A stretch of 64,000 bases of DNA from Eledone cirrhosa (GCA_964016885.1 OZ024741.1:253146001-253210000), one strand, 5' to 3'; numbered from the stretch's first letter, positions 1 to 14,205 are shown. A program made the numbers and translations. The notes: generated from the sequence alone by a model not told the origin.

Positions 1-960
1 CATCATCATCATCATCGTTTAACGTCCATGTTCCATGCTTGCATGGGTTTGGACAGGAGTTTTCCCACTTGAGGCAAGAGTGGTTGTCATTGCTCGTATA
101 GGACTGTCTGGCGGGTTTTCTACAGCTGGATGCCCTTCCTAACACCAACCACATTTACAGTGTGGGGCTGGGAGGTTTTTACCGTGTTGCCTACACGGCC
201 ACATTACAGCGTGGACTGTGTGTTTTTTTGTCGTGACACCTACACGATCTCATTTGTTTCGGCCTGGATGTTGTGGCACCAACATAACTTTACATTGAAA
301 GAGGCGGTGTGGATGCCTACTGACTGTAGTAGGTTTTACTTTTTATTTAGGTAAGGTGGGTCTTCTCTATTACTGAGTACCGCCAAAGGTCTCGGTCCAG
401 TGACATTGTCTTGGAGAGGTGTAAGTGTGTGAGGTCGGAATTTATCAGCTCGTCCCAGGTTTTTCTGGGTCTGCCTACTCCGTGGCTACCGTCTATCTTT
501 ATTGCCCTGCACTTTGTTATACAGCTATCGACTTTCATGCGCATCACGTGTCCATACCAACGTAGCCTTCTCTCGAGTAAACAACATCTGATCCCTCTTA
601 TTTCTAATTTTTTCCTTAGTTCGTTTATGCTTTACCGTTCACGTATATTACTATTACACATCCAGCGGAGCATGCAAGCTTCGTTCCTCTCTAGTCTGCA
701 TATATCCTCTGCACACAATGCACAGGTCTCACTGCCATGCAACATTGCTGTTCGTATGCAGACATCATACAACCTGCCTTTCATTTTTATGGAGAACCCT
801 TTAGCGGCTAATAGTGGTATAAGCTCTCTGAACTTTTTCCATCCAGTTCTGACTCTAGCTACTGTACTTTCAGAGCACCCTCCCCCACTGCTGATTTTGT
901 CACCCAGGTAACGGAAGCTGTCCACTATTTCTATAGAACCCTCTGCACAATTGAAAGAGC
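1..960 (-). mobile_element. RTE LINE 3' fragment with (ATG)n tail
   Basis: DSFRYLGD..ARVRTGWKKFREL..MLHGSE..GRPRKTW; 3' UTR GTTAGGAAGGGCATCCAGCTGTAGAAA...GGACGTTAAACGATGATG. Confidence 0.85.
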
Positions 961-984
961 TAGTATTTTGTGGGCACTTGCTGC

Positions 985-1025
<41 letters not shown>

Positions 1026-1084
1026 TTGTATATGTATATGAATATATATATATGTATGTGTATATATGTAAGTATATATGTATG

Positions 1085-1690
1085 TCAGGTCACCAGTTGG
1101 TGCTACTGGTAACATGTATCCCAGTACAACATGTCTCATGGTCGGGTCATTGGCAACTAAACTGGCAACCCCACCAAGGTTTCTTGGTGAGGAGGGTGAC
1201 TTTGGACATCCTGCAGGACTAAAAACAAAACCTGTCAAAGGGCAAATGAGCTCTTAAGAGTCAATGGCCATCCAAAATCACCGGGAGAGATGACCCCTTA
1301 TCCTTTGTCAAGGCAGAATTCTAGGAGAAGGAAAACTCTGATATAACACCTGCAACCCTGATGGTATCCAATGATGTTGACTTGTTCTTCTTTTTGGTAA
1401 ATATCATCTTGGTTAAGAGAGTGGGGCTGGCTTTGTGCAGTGCCTTTGCTCACTATAAAAGCTTCACACACAGGCATTGCTTTATATCTGGAGATCTCTC
1501 TACACTTGTCGTCACAGGGTACCATGGGCCCAGCACTATGTGTCAATAATTGTCACAAGTGTAGTGTTTGTACCAGAGGTTTCAAGTCGCTGGCTGGACT
1601 AAAAAGTCACACTCGTTCAGCGCATCGGTAGGGGTTCTCCTACATGAATATAAAGTAGTGGCCGTACTCGAAAACGAGTTGGCAGCCACC
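1085..1690 (+). mobile_element. Internally deleted RTE-like element ending in a C2H2 zinc-finger remnant
   Basis: [24 protein letters not shown] near the 3' end; (TA)n flanks; second copy at 7969-8376. Confidence 0.6.
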
Positions 1691-1761
1691 TTATATATAT
1701 ATATATTTGTATGTATGTATTTATATATATATACATATATGTGTGTATGTATTTATATATG

Positions 1762-1795
<34 letters not shown>

Positions 1796-2021
1796 CATAT
1801 ATAAATACATACATATGTATATATATATATATATGTATATATATATGTATGTATACAAAGAGAGAGGGGCTTAGATATATGATGGTATTCGGTACAAATC
1901 CTTTCCAATCCTCAATAATCTTATTGATATTATGGAACTGTGTCAGTGTGGAGATATAACTGTTACTAATTCACACACACATGTATATATATACACTCTT
2001 ACAACTCCATATCACTGTGTG

Positions 2022-2053
<32 letters not shown>

Positions 2054-2215
2054 GATACATACATACATATATATATATATACTGTATATGGAGAAATAGT
2101 TGAAAATGTTTGCACTCCATTCTTTTCAATGCAATGTTTTCTAATTCCCAAACTGTAGCTACATCTACTTTAAATATACCTTCAATTTACATACAGATAT
2201 ATGTATGTCAGCTCA

Positions 2216-2255
<40 letters not shown>

Positions 2256-2341
2256 CCAAAATCTCACCACATCTGACATAGACATGGAAAGCAAAATGAA
2301 AGGGACACAGAAAATTCTCTATATTGTTAGCTTTGGCTGCC

Positions 2342-4283
2342 TTTACAGTGTGGGCTGGGTGCTTTTGTAGTGACACCTACACAACCAGTTTACAGTGTGT
2401 GCTGGGTCCTTTTTGTTGTGACACCTACACAACCAGTTTACAGCGTGGGCTAGGTCCTTTTTGTTGTGACAACTACACAACCAGTTTACAATGTGTGCTA
2501 GGTCCTTTTTGTTGTGACACCTACACAACCAGTTTACAGTGTGTGCTGGGACCTTTTTGTTGTGACACCTACACAACCAGTTTACAGTGTGTGCTGGGTC
2601 CTTTTTGTTGTGACACCTACACAACCAGTTTACAGCGTGGGCTAGGTCCTTTTTGTTGTGACAACTACACAACCAGTTTACAATGTGTGCTAGGTCCTTT
2701 TTGTTGTGACACCTACACAACCAGTTTACAGTGTGTGCTGGGACCTTTTTGTCGTGACACCTACACAACCAGTTTACAGTGTCTGCTAGGTCCTTTTTGT
2801 GGTGACACCTACACAACCAGTTTACAGTGTGTGCTGGGTCCTTTTTGTTGTGACACCTACACAACCAGTTTACAGCGTGGGCTAGGTCCTTTTTGTTGTG
2901 ACAACTACACAACCAGTTTACAATGTGTGCTAGGTCCTTTTTGTTGTGACACCTACACAACCAGTTTACAGTGTGAGCTGGGACCTTTTTGTCGTGACAC
3001 CTACACAACCAGTTTACAGTGTGTGCTAGGTCCTTTTTGTGGTGACACCTACACAACCAGTTTACAGTGTGTGCTGGGTACTTTTTGTGGTGACACCTAC
3101 ACAACCAGTTTACAGTGTGTGCTGGGTCCTTTTTGTTGTGACACCTACACAACCAGTTTACAGTGTGTACTGGGACCTTTTTGTCGTGACACCTACACAA
3201 CCAGTTTACAGTGTGTGCTGGGTCCTTTTTGTTGTGACACCTACACAACCAGTTTACAGTGTGTACTGGGACCTTTTTGTCGTGACACCTACACAACCAG
3301 TTTACAGTGTGTGCTGGGTCCTTTTTGTTGTGACACCTACACAACCAGTTTACAGCGTGGGCTAGGTCCTTTTTGTTGTGACAACTACACAACCAGTTTA
3401 CAATGTGTGCTAGGTCCTTTTTGTTGTGACACCTACACAACCAGTTTACAGTGTGTGCTGGGACCTTTTTGTCGTGACACCTACACAACCAGTTTACAGT
3501 GTGTGCTAGGTCCTTTTTGTGGTGACACCTACACAACCAGTTTACAGTGTGTGCTGGGTACTTTTTGTGGTGACACCTACACAACCAGTTTACAGTGTGT
3601 GCTGGGTCCTTTTTGTTGTGACACCTTCACAACCACTTTACAGTGTGTGCTGGGTCCTTTTTGTTGTGACACCTACACAACCACTTTACAGTGTGGGCTA
3701 GGTCCTTTTTGTCGTGACAACTACACAACCAGTTTACAGCGTGGGCTAGGTCCTTTTTGTTGTGACACCTACACAACCAGTTTACAGTGTGTGCTGGGAC
3801 CTTTTTGTCGTGACACCTACACAACCAGTTTACAGTGTGTGCTAGGTCCTTTTTGTGGTGACACCTACACAACCAGTTTACAGTGTGTGCTGGGTACTTT
3901 TTGTGGTGACACCTACACAACCAGTTTACAGTGTGTGCTGGGTCCTTTTTGTTGTGACACCTACACAACCAGTTTACAGTGTGTGCTGGGTCCTTTTTGT
4001 TGTGACACCTACACAACCACTTTACAGTGTGGGCTAGGTCCTTTTTGTCGTGACAACTACACAACCAGTTTACAGCGTGGGCTAGGTCCTTTTTGTCGTG
4101 ACACCTACACAACCAGTTTACAGCGTGTGCTGGGTCCTTTTTGTTGTGACACCTACACAACCAGTTTACAGCGTGTGCTGGGTCCTTTTTGTTGTGACAC
4201 CTACACAACCAGTTTACAGTGTGTGCTGGGTCCTTTTTGTTGTGATACCGATGCAACCACTTTAAGGTGTGGACTGGGTACTG
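2342..4283. repeat. 48-bp minisatellite, about 41 units
   Basis: Unit TTTACAGTGTGTGCTGGGTCCTTTTTGTTGTGACACCTACACAACCAG; exact 48-bp spacing from 2389 to 4261 (39 units). Confidence 0.97.
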
Positions 4284-4724
4284 GGTCAAGGGTGTAAAGG
4301 CATGTGAGAAGGGTGGTGTGATCAGATGTAGGTGGGATGTTAGGGCACGCTGGGTGTATGATAGGGTGGGGGAGGATAGTGGTTAAGAGGTGCATACTAG
4401 ATGTATGCTTCAGTCCGTGCACAAGGGAATGCAAGTCTTCTCTATTACTGCATTACACCAAAGTTCTCGATCGTCTGTCATTGTTTTTGAGAGGTGAAAT
4501 TGTGCAAGGTCAGCTTTTATCTCCTCATCTCAGGCCTTGCTGGGTCTTCCCACTCCATTGCTTTCATTAACTTTGATTGCCCTGCACCTTTTTATACAGC
4601 TGCCATGCTTCATATGCATCACATGGCCATACCAACACAATTCCCTCCCTCTTACAATCTGATCCCTCTTAGGCCCAATTTCTCTCTCAGTTTATTTACA
4701 CTTTATAAATATACATATATATAT

Positions 4725-4915
4725 ATATTTAATATAGAAATGACTTCTACAGGACTAGAACTGTTTCATTCGAAGGAAATCATCAGGAGAGCCCTGATGA
4801 TTTGCTTCGAATGAAACAGTTCTAGTCCTGTAGAAGCCATTTCTACATTAAATATTTACACTCTGCTATGTATTGAGTACCTTACTTAGTGTGGTTACCC
4901 CACATTGAACCTGAA
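4725..4915 (+). mobile_element. Palindromic hammerhead-bearing short element (family A)
   Basis: Inverted arms 4725-4787 and 4793-4855; CTGATGA at 4794-4800, GAAA at 4813-4816, stem III CAG/CTG, GUA site; flanked by (TA)n/(CA)n. Confidence 0.7.
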
Positions 4916-4954
<39 letters not shown>

Positions 4955-6384
4955 ATTCTAGTTGCATTTTATAAGACATTTTCTCAATATATAAATGAAT
5001 CATTACAGAGTTTTCAATATTCTAACAATAGAGCAATGTAAGTATATATGCAATTATACATCTGAATATACTGAGGATCAACACAAACTATATTCATAGA
5101 TATTACATTAAATATTTATTGAAATTGCAATGAATATAGATGGTGTTGACTCAGGTTAAGTATAACTACACACATCTTTATAAAGTTCTTATATTATAAT
5201 ATTGAGTACTTGATGACAATTCATTTATATATCAAATTGCTACATCCTTTTATGTATTACAGAATATGCTGCTCCTAATTACGTGAAGCTGCTCTATATT
5301 TCATAATTGTAGAATGTAAAATAGAAGAGTGATATATCTATCAGCACAACTTACACATGAGTATACACAGTAACTAATATAATTACCAACCTTTTTACCA
5401 GCAAGGCAAACACTTGAAAATGTTAATAATTTAGTTATTACTTCAAGTGAATTTGTAAGTACAAAAAATGGCTGAGAGGACATTTTACATGTGCCAGGGA
5501 CATGGCAACCTCTCTAGTGCTGGTGATATCCACTTTTATGAATGTGCCTCAGAATATTCTGAAAATTGTTGATGATGGGAAGGTCATCCAACCATATAAA
5601 ACATGCCAAACAAAGGGTCAGATGGTTTCTTCAGTTGTGCCATAGATATGACCACGTCCCTAGTATTGGTGATCTACATGATAAACTACACACAGAACAC
5701 TGTGTAAAGTGGTTGCTAATAGGAAGGACATCCAACTATAAAAACTTGCCAAATGAAGGATGACGAGGACTCTTCCACAGTTTTAAAGATATGACAATTT
5801 CCCTAATACTTGTAACAAGATAATCTGCACTTAGTAAAGTGTGGGATCATATGTAAACAAGATGCATGTCTCAGACTCAGCAATCAATAGAGTATGGGAA
5901 CATAAGTAAGTGAGATGCAGGTACTCAGAGGTGAGTAGTGACTAGTCTGTGACGACACATCCAACCCTTCCTTAGCAGGGAAATGATGATGATGATGATG
6001 AGGAGGAGGAGGAGGAGGAGGAGGAGGAGGAAGAGTAGGATGGAATTTTGCTTGTTTATATTTTCAGTCACATCATCATCATCATCATCATCGTTTAACG
6101 TCCGTGTTCCACGCTTGCATGGGTTTGGACGGGAGTTTTCCCACTTGAGGCAAGAGTGATTGTCTTGCTCGCATAGGACTGTCTGGCGGGTTTTCTACAG
6201 CTGGATGCACATATATATGTATATATATATATATTTAGTTTCAGATTATCCCGTTAAGAGTGAAAGCAGCGATTCTTTGTTTAAACTTTAATCTGTTCTT
6301 ATAATAAATATTATTTTTATCTAAAGACATTTTTTTCCAATTCCATCCCGCCCGTCCCCTCAATCTATTTTATTTCTCATTCTT

Positions 6385-6420
6385 TCTTCTGATGAAGGAC
6401 TAGCGCCCGAAACATTAAGA
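6385..6420 (+). ncRNA. Minimal hammerhead-ribozyme-like motif in a Penelope-type fragment (about 6235-6505)
   Basis: TTCTT CTGATGA AGGACTAGCGCCC GAAA CATTA AGA; element bounded by (TA)n tracts. Confidence 0.5.
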
Positions 6421-6844
6421 CCCTCTTCCTGCTATATCAAGCGTTAACCTAATATATACCTTCCATATACTGTACCGATTGTGTTGTTATTTCTGTTTAC
6501 CTTTTACATATATATATATACATATATATATATATACACAGAGGTATCCACAGTAAGTTGTGGGGTCTGTTCTGTATGAAGAACTCAATGTAATCCATAT
6601 GTTGAAAATGTTGTAGGTTAAGATAAATCTCAGAAAACAATAAAAGGTAAACAGAGTTATGATATAAGTTAAAACAATGAAATAAAAAATCAAGTCATTA
6701 GAGATATACTTCACTGCTTTACGATCGTTTCTAGATGGTGATAATACAATGTATCTATACTCAGTTATTGATCTATGTAAGTTTACAAACTATCAGATAG
6801 AGAGAATATTTACTTACATGCATATCACCAGCTGTTTTCAAAAG

Positions 6845-6916
<72 letters not shown>

Positions 6917-7968
6917 ATAAGCAGCAGCATCATTTAACATACATTTTTTCCATGTTGGCATGGGTTAGACAAGTTGTCCTGTTCTAAGGGAAGTCAGATC
7001 TGTTGACCATGTTTGCTGATACAGAACTCTTTCTGGCTTGGTTTCTATGGCTGGATACTCTTCCTAACACCAACCATATCTAATTCGAGAACTGGGTCCT
7101 TTTTATCATGGCACAAAAATGGCCAATTGACAGTTTAAACTGGGCACTTTTTGTCATGTACCCAACACAACCACTTTACAGGGGGGACTGGTTTCTTTTT
7201 GTCATGTAACCAGCACAACCACTTTAGAGGGTGAACTGGGTGCTCTTTGTGAAGTCACCAACAAGACCACTTTACAGGGTGGACTGGGTGGTTATTTCTC
7301 ATGTCACCAGCCTGAGTACCTTACATGGTAAACTAGTTACTTTTGTTTGTCACCAGCATGACTACTTTACAGGGTTGACTGAGAGATTTTAGCCATTTCA
7401 GCAGCATTGTTGGGAAGTGTGTCCAGGTTCCCATGCTTATATACATAAGTATTGTGAGATATGTACTAAAAGACTGATAATTTTCAAAATGCCAGTGCAA
7501 CACAATAGTACTGTTTCCAAAGCCAGAATTTCTTTTCAAACTCTTCCACTGATTTGGTTATAAGAACCAGGTCATCTGTATACAGAAGTTCCCATATACA
7601 ACCTGTCTTAAACACCTCTGTTATAGCTTGGAAAACTATAATAAATAGGGGTAGGGTGCTGACTGAGCCCAGCATACATTTTCTCATCTCATCTCAAGTA
7701 ACTCAACAATTTCTTTAAATCTTCCTTTGAGAGTGGCAGCCATAAGATCTGTTACCTCACAATGTTGGTTTTATCATCTTTTGGTAGTGTCTCTCTGTAC
7801 CTGAAAGGGAATGTGAATGTGCAAGTGTTTGATGATGATTGAGGGGTTCTTGCACATGCCTAGGTTAGCCACCACATTACCATGCACAGCACTAACATAT
7901 ATATATACATACATATATATATATACATATACATATATATACATACATACATACATACATACATACAT

Positions 7969-8376
7969 GGTAGCTGCCAACTCGTTTTCGAGTATGGCCA
8001 CTACTTTATATCCATGTAGGAGAACCCCTACTGATGCGCTGAACGAGTGTGACTTTTTAGTCCAGCCAGCTACATGAAAACTCTGGTACAAACACTACAC
8101 TTGTGACAATTATTGACACATAGTGCTGGGCCCATGGTACCCTGTGACGACAAGAGCAGAGAGATCTCCAGATATAAAACAATGCCTGTGCCGTGAAGCT
8201 TTTATAGTGAGCAAAGGCACTGCACAAAGCCAGTCCCACTCTCTTAACCAAGATGATATTTACCAAAAAGAAGAACAAGTCAACATCATTGGATACCATC
8301 AGGGTTGCAGGTGTTATATCAGAGTTTTCCTTCTCCTAGAATTCTGCCTTGACAAAGGCTAAGGGGTCATCTCTCT
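7969..8376 (-). mobile_element. Second copy of the 1085-1690 element (3' part)
   Basis: Reverse-complement match; shared ORF MVSNDVDLFFFLVNIILVKRVGL. Confidence 0.7.
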
Positions 8377-8377
8377 C

Positions 8378-8488
8378 ATACATACATACACACATACATA
8401 CATACATACATACATACATACATACACACATACATACATACATGCATACATACATACATACATGCATACATATATATGAATATATATT

Positions 8489-8520
<32 letters not shown>

Positions 8521-9380
8521 GAATATATATATTTATACATGCATACATATATATTTATATATATACATATATATATATACATATACATATGTACACACAC
8601 ATATACATACATAAACACACACATGCACACATGTTCACACACACACACATACACACACATACATATATACATACCAACACACATACATACATACACACAT
8701 ACATGCATACACACACACATATACATACATACATATATACATACATATATACATACATATATACATGAATATATATATATATGCATATATATGCATATAT
8801 ATATATATATATATGTACACACTCACACATACATACACACACTATATCTCCAAGACTTGGTTCTAGGCAAGGATTACAGCTAAGAATTGCCATGACAGTT
8901 CCAAGTTTACCATTGGAAGAATCACCAGAAGACTTTCCTAATCTTTTCTTTTAATCCATTCCTTCCGGGATTTTTATATGTTCACTAATAAACACTGCTT
9001 TCTCTTTCTCTCTCTCCCACTTCTCCCCCTCCTCTCTCTCTCTCTCTCTTGGACCCCTCTCTCGCCCTTCTCTATCTCTCTTTGCCTCCCTCCCACTGCT
9101 CTCTCTCCCACTTCTCTCTCTCCCTTCTCTCTCTCTCTCTGCTTCCCTCCCTCCACTCTCTCTCCCACCTGTCCCACACACATTCACTTCTCCCATCCTC
9201 ACCCTCTTTCTTTCACTCTCTCTCTTCTCTTTCTCTCTCATTCTCTGATTTTCACACACACTCTCTCTCCATTACTCCTTCCCGCTCTCCCGCTCACACT
9301 CACACACACACATGTGCGCACACACACTCACACACACACATTCTTTCTCTCTTAACCTCTCTCCCCCTTTTCTCTCTCTG
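8378..9380. repeat. (CATA)n/(TA)n/(CA)n and (CT)n low-complexity tracts
   Basis: Seen directly; interrupted by about 150 bp of unique sequence. Confidence 0.9.
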
Positions 9381-9427
9381 CTACTGGTTACCACACTGTA
9401 ACACTGCAGGCAACATCATCATCATCA

Positions 9428-9514
<87 letters not shown>

Positions 9515-9850
9515 TACTACTACTGCTGCTGTTGCTGCTGCTACTACAACTGCTTCTGCTGCTATTCTATCTGCTGCTACTACTACTACTACTACTACTG
9601 CTGCTACCACTACAACTACCACATCTACTACCACTACCACTACCACTACTACTACTACTACTACTACTTCTACTATTACTAGTACTACTGCTTCTACTAC
9701 TATTACTACTACTACTACTATTACTACTACTACTACTATCACAGTTACTACTACTTCTGCTGCTACTGTGTCTACTACTACTACTACTACTAATAATTTT
9801 GCTACTGCTATTATGACTACTATCACTACTACTACTATTTTGCTGCTGCT
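9428..9850. repeat. (CTA)n/(CTG)n compound microsatellite
   Basis: Seen directly; a similar tract lies at 23508-23860. Confidence 0.95.
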
Positions 9851-10054
9851 GCACCTATGAAGAAATCCCAAACCCAGAAAATAACTGTAACTACAGTTGA
9901 TTGTTATAAATAATAACTTAGAAAACTGAATAAAATACTCATGTAGATGGAAGAGAGTGGCCATCAGCCACTATGGAGAATTGAACTCAGTATCTTTCAA
10001 ATTCCAGCTCAGTGCTCTTAACCTTTGAGCTACAGACATCAACTTCCATCTTAA

Positions 10055-10482
10055 CCCTTTAGTATTTAAACCGGCCATATCTGGCCAGAATTCTCTCACC
10101 TCTTTCTGTTCAAACTGGCTGTAACTGGCCACTCATGCAGATGTTAAGTTATTGTTCACAAAATAAATAATTGTTTTTACTTTTGGCACAAGGCCAGCAA
10201 TTATCCCTAGTGCATTACTGGTGCTTATTTTATCAACCCCGTAAGGATGAAAGGCAAAGTTAACCTCGGTCGGATTTGAACTCAGAATGCAAAGGGCCAT
10301 AACTCTGTGCTACAAAGCATGGTGTCTCTCCATACTGCTATACTGGTGGACTGGCAGTATCGGTAGAGTGTCAGACACCATGGTTCTCAAAATAAATAAT
10401 ATCAAAATGATTCAATATTATGTGAGATAATTATTTGAGATAAAGCTTTTACTGTGAAAATACAATAGTAAATGCAAAAGGG
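10055..10482. mobile_element. piggyBac-like MITE with SINE insertion
   Basis: TTAA-CCCTTT...AAAAGGG-TTAA; relatives at 16361-16557 and 29787-29963. Confidence 0.75.
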
Positions 10483-11784
10483 TTAAATAGAAAGCTAAAC
10501 AAACAGTTTGGATGTAAAGAACATTTTGAAAATAAACCATTGGAGTGATGAGTAGATTGAAATTCTTAGAAAATGTAGAAATTTCAAACACAGAAAATAA
10601 CTGTAACTACAGTCAATGGCTATAAATAATTGTTTCTACTTTTGGCACAAGGCTAGCAATTACCCAGTGCATTACTGGTACTTTATTTTATCGACCCCGT
10701 AAGGATGAAAGGCAAAGTAAACCTCGGCGGGATTATAAATAATTGTTTCTACTTTAGGCACAAGGCCAGCAATTACCCAGTGCATTACTGGTACTTTATT
10801 TTATCGACCTCGTCAGGATGAAAGGCAAAGGTAACCTCGAAGGAATTTGAACATATAATGTTAAGAAGCATAACTATATGCTGTAAATCATGGTGTCCGA
10901 TGCTCTATCAATACTGCCAATCCACCAAAATAATGCCTTAGGAAACCAGGTAATATACCCCTAACGATGGAAAAAGGGGACAGCAGCTTCTACAAAGAAT
11001 CAGCTGGAACTTAAGAGGTACTGTATTCAATTTTCCAAAGCGTCTGCTGGCCATTTTTTCCATTTATAGGCGTATTTTATCCCAATTTTTAAAGCTATGA
11101 TTTATAGCAATTGACTGTTGTTCCAATTATTTTCTGCATTTGGGATTCCTACAATTTCTAAGAATAGTATTAATTATCAACCAAATATTTTCTTTCACTC
11201 AACACATAATTATTTCTAATTATATTAAGTGTTCATTACATTCTTGTATTTTCCCAAACAGGAAGGTGTATGGCCTAGTGGTTAGGGTGTTGGGCTTGGG
11301 ATCATAATGTCATAGGTTTGATTTCTGGACCAGTTATTGTTTTCTTTAGGAAAGCACTTCATTTTATGTTGTTATAGTACACTCAGCTGAAAATGAGTAT
11401 CTGCAGTAGCTGGGAGTTAACTCTGCAATGCATTGGCAACCTGTCCAGGAGGGAGTCATGTACTCTCAGTCAATTAACATCAGGGAGACCAGAATAAACA
11501 GTGTCAAGAAATCCCTGAGGAAGGGAGCTACAGTACTGGGAAGCCAAGGAAAACCTTGTAAAAGCTGATTCCAAATCACTCAAACTCAAATGACCTGTAT
11601 AAACCATGCAAGCAAAGAAAAACTGCCATAAAATTGTGATGATGATGACAATGTTGATATATATATATAAAGGCAATGAGGCAATGACACATGACAAAGA
11701 TCTCTGGCATTATGCAGTAATACAGAAGATCCACCTTCCCATAAGCACAGGCTGAAGCCTCTTCTTGATTGTCCATCGTAAACG

Positions 11785-12375
11785 ATGATGACATCTTCTT
11801 TATTTTAGTTCCCGTCTGCCGTGGGCATGAAGGTGACTGTGGAGGCCGATCCTTGACTTGCAAGTCCGGGGACAGTGGGGGCAGAGGAAGAGACCGGAGT
11901 CACTTGGGGCAGCTGTTGATGTCTTTCTCCTCCTTTCACGAGCCTGAGTGATCCTCTGCCTGTCTCTTCTCTTCAAAAGAGTCTTTGGCGCATCTGGTAA
12001 AGACTCGCCACTCAGTCCTGTCCTGAGCATGGGACTCGAGTTATTTTGGGGCGATTCCAGTGTTGTTGATACTGGACTTGACGTAGTCTTTGAACCTCTT
12101 GAGAGGCCTGCCCTGCTTTCGTTTCCCCAAACAGAGTTCCCCATACATCAGTTGCTTCGGAAGCCTGTGATCGTCCATCCCGATGACATGTCCCACCCAT
12201 CGAAGTCAGCTCTTCAGTATCATAGCTTTGACACTGGTTGTCTCAGTCATGTCAAGAACTTCGACGTTAGAGACCCTGTTCTGCCATTTGATGTTCATGA
12301 TTGACCACAGGCTGCACATGTGGAACCGTTCCAGCTGCTTCAGGTGCCTTCTGTACAGGGTCCATGTCTCACATC
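11785..12375 (-). mobile_element. RTE (BovB-like) LINE 3' fragment
   Basis: RWVGHV, LPKQLMYGEL-type motif, and terminal FLCPHCPRTCKSRIGLHSHLHAH zinc finger. Confidence 0.75.
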
Positions 12376-12818
12376 CATGTCTTCACATACACCTCCCATG
12401 AGCCCAGGCTGAAGCATACATCAAGTGTGCCCCCCCTTCCATTTACCCCCATGTCCTAAAACTCTGCCCCTTACACACACCCAAATATCCACCGCCACAA
12501 TCCCCACACAGTTCCCCCACCAAAATCCTCAGCCCACACTGTAAAGTGTTTGTGATGGCAACACGGCAAAAAACATCAGCCCACACTGTCAAGTAGTTGT
12601 ATAGGTGTCATGACAAAAAGTACCCAGTACTCACTATAGATGAGATTGGCATTAGGAAGGGCATTCAGCTGTAGAAACCAAGCCAAAATCAGTTCTGTAT
12701 GAGTAGGATATGGTCACCTGACCTTGCATTTCTCACAACAAAACAACTCATCTAACCTATGCTAGAAAGGAAAATGGATGTTTTATCGTGATGATAGTGA
12801 TGATGATGATGATGATGA

Positions 12819-12870
<52 letters not shown>

Positions 12871-13391
12871 GTGGTTACACAACAGTTAGTTCACCATACC
12901 GAGAACAATTGTTTTACCTTAGCGGATCCTCAGCTCGTAATGGACATGGTTATACGAACAGGAAGGACAACCGTACGAACGCGCATGCGCAGAAACGATC
13001 GCTTCACACAGGCAATACTAAAATTCTTCACACGTTGTCCACACGTCTCGAAACACCTCTTACGTAACTACAAAGCTCCGGATTGAATTACAACAACATC
13101 CTAATTTTCTTATCAACTAGAAAGTTTTCGCACTTTCGCAGTTATCTCCCTTACTCCTCTCGCACGCAATTTAGTATTGCCTGTGTGAAGTGATCGTTTC
13201 TGCGCATGCGCATTTGTACGGTTACCCTTCCTGTTCCATATAACCATGTCCATTACGAGCTGAGGATCCGCTAAGGTGAAACAATTGTTCTCGGTATGGT
13301 GAACTAACTGTTGTGTAACCACTAATACCTAACTCGTCCCAGGGACTGAGTGCTCTACCACTACAGATATTACCTTCCAGTGTTCTACCAC

Positions 13392-13392
<1 letters not shown>
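12871..13392 (+). mobile_element. Inverted-repeat hammerhead element (family B, copy 1)
   Basis: About 150-bp arms 12871-13025 and 13168-13322; (TA)n on both sides; same family at 27941-28293. Confidence 0.8.
13256..13293 (+). ncRNA. Minimal type I hammerhead ribozyme
   Basis: CGAG-CTGAGGA-TCCGCTAAGGT-GAAA-CAATTG-TT-CTCG: stem I CGAG/CTCG, core CUGANGA/GAAA, palindromic stem III CAATTG, GUU site. Confidence 0.75.
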
Positions 13393-13423
<31 letters not shown>

Positions 13424-13426
13424 TAT

Positions 13427-13457
<31 letters not shown>

Positions 13458-13803
13458 ATCATCATCATCATTTCATTTTACGTCCGCTTTTTCCTGCTTG
13501 CAAGGGTGGGACGGGTACTGATTCTGGCTTGATTTCTACAGCTGGATGCCCTTCCTAACACCAACCTCATTTACAGTGAGTGCTGGGTGCTTTGCAGTGG
13601 AATGATAGAGACCCCAGTCCCTATCATCTCATTTCTACAGCTGAGTAAACTGGAGCAATGTGAAATAAAGTGTCTTGCTCAAGGAAACAACACATCACCC
13701 GGTCTGAGAATTGAACTCACAACCTTTCGATTGCAAGGCCAATGTGCCTCCATATATGTATATATATACATATATATATATGTATATATATATATGTATA
13801 TAT

Positions 13804-14205
<402 letters not shown>

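Noticed and set aside
2324-4297. 657-aa Cys-rich ORF, or a CRISPR-like array
   Set aside because: Head-to-tail 48-bp units with no unique spacers and no cas genes, in a eukaryotic context. The open frame follows from a stop-free 3n unit and has no ATG start.
9049-9964. Poly-Leu, poly-Val and poly-Ser ORFs (also 23425-24135)
   Set aside because: Translations of (CTA)n/(CTG)n microsatellites.
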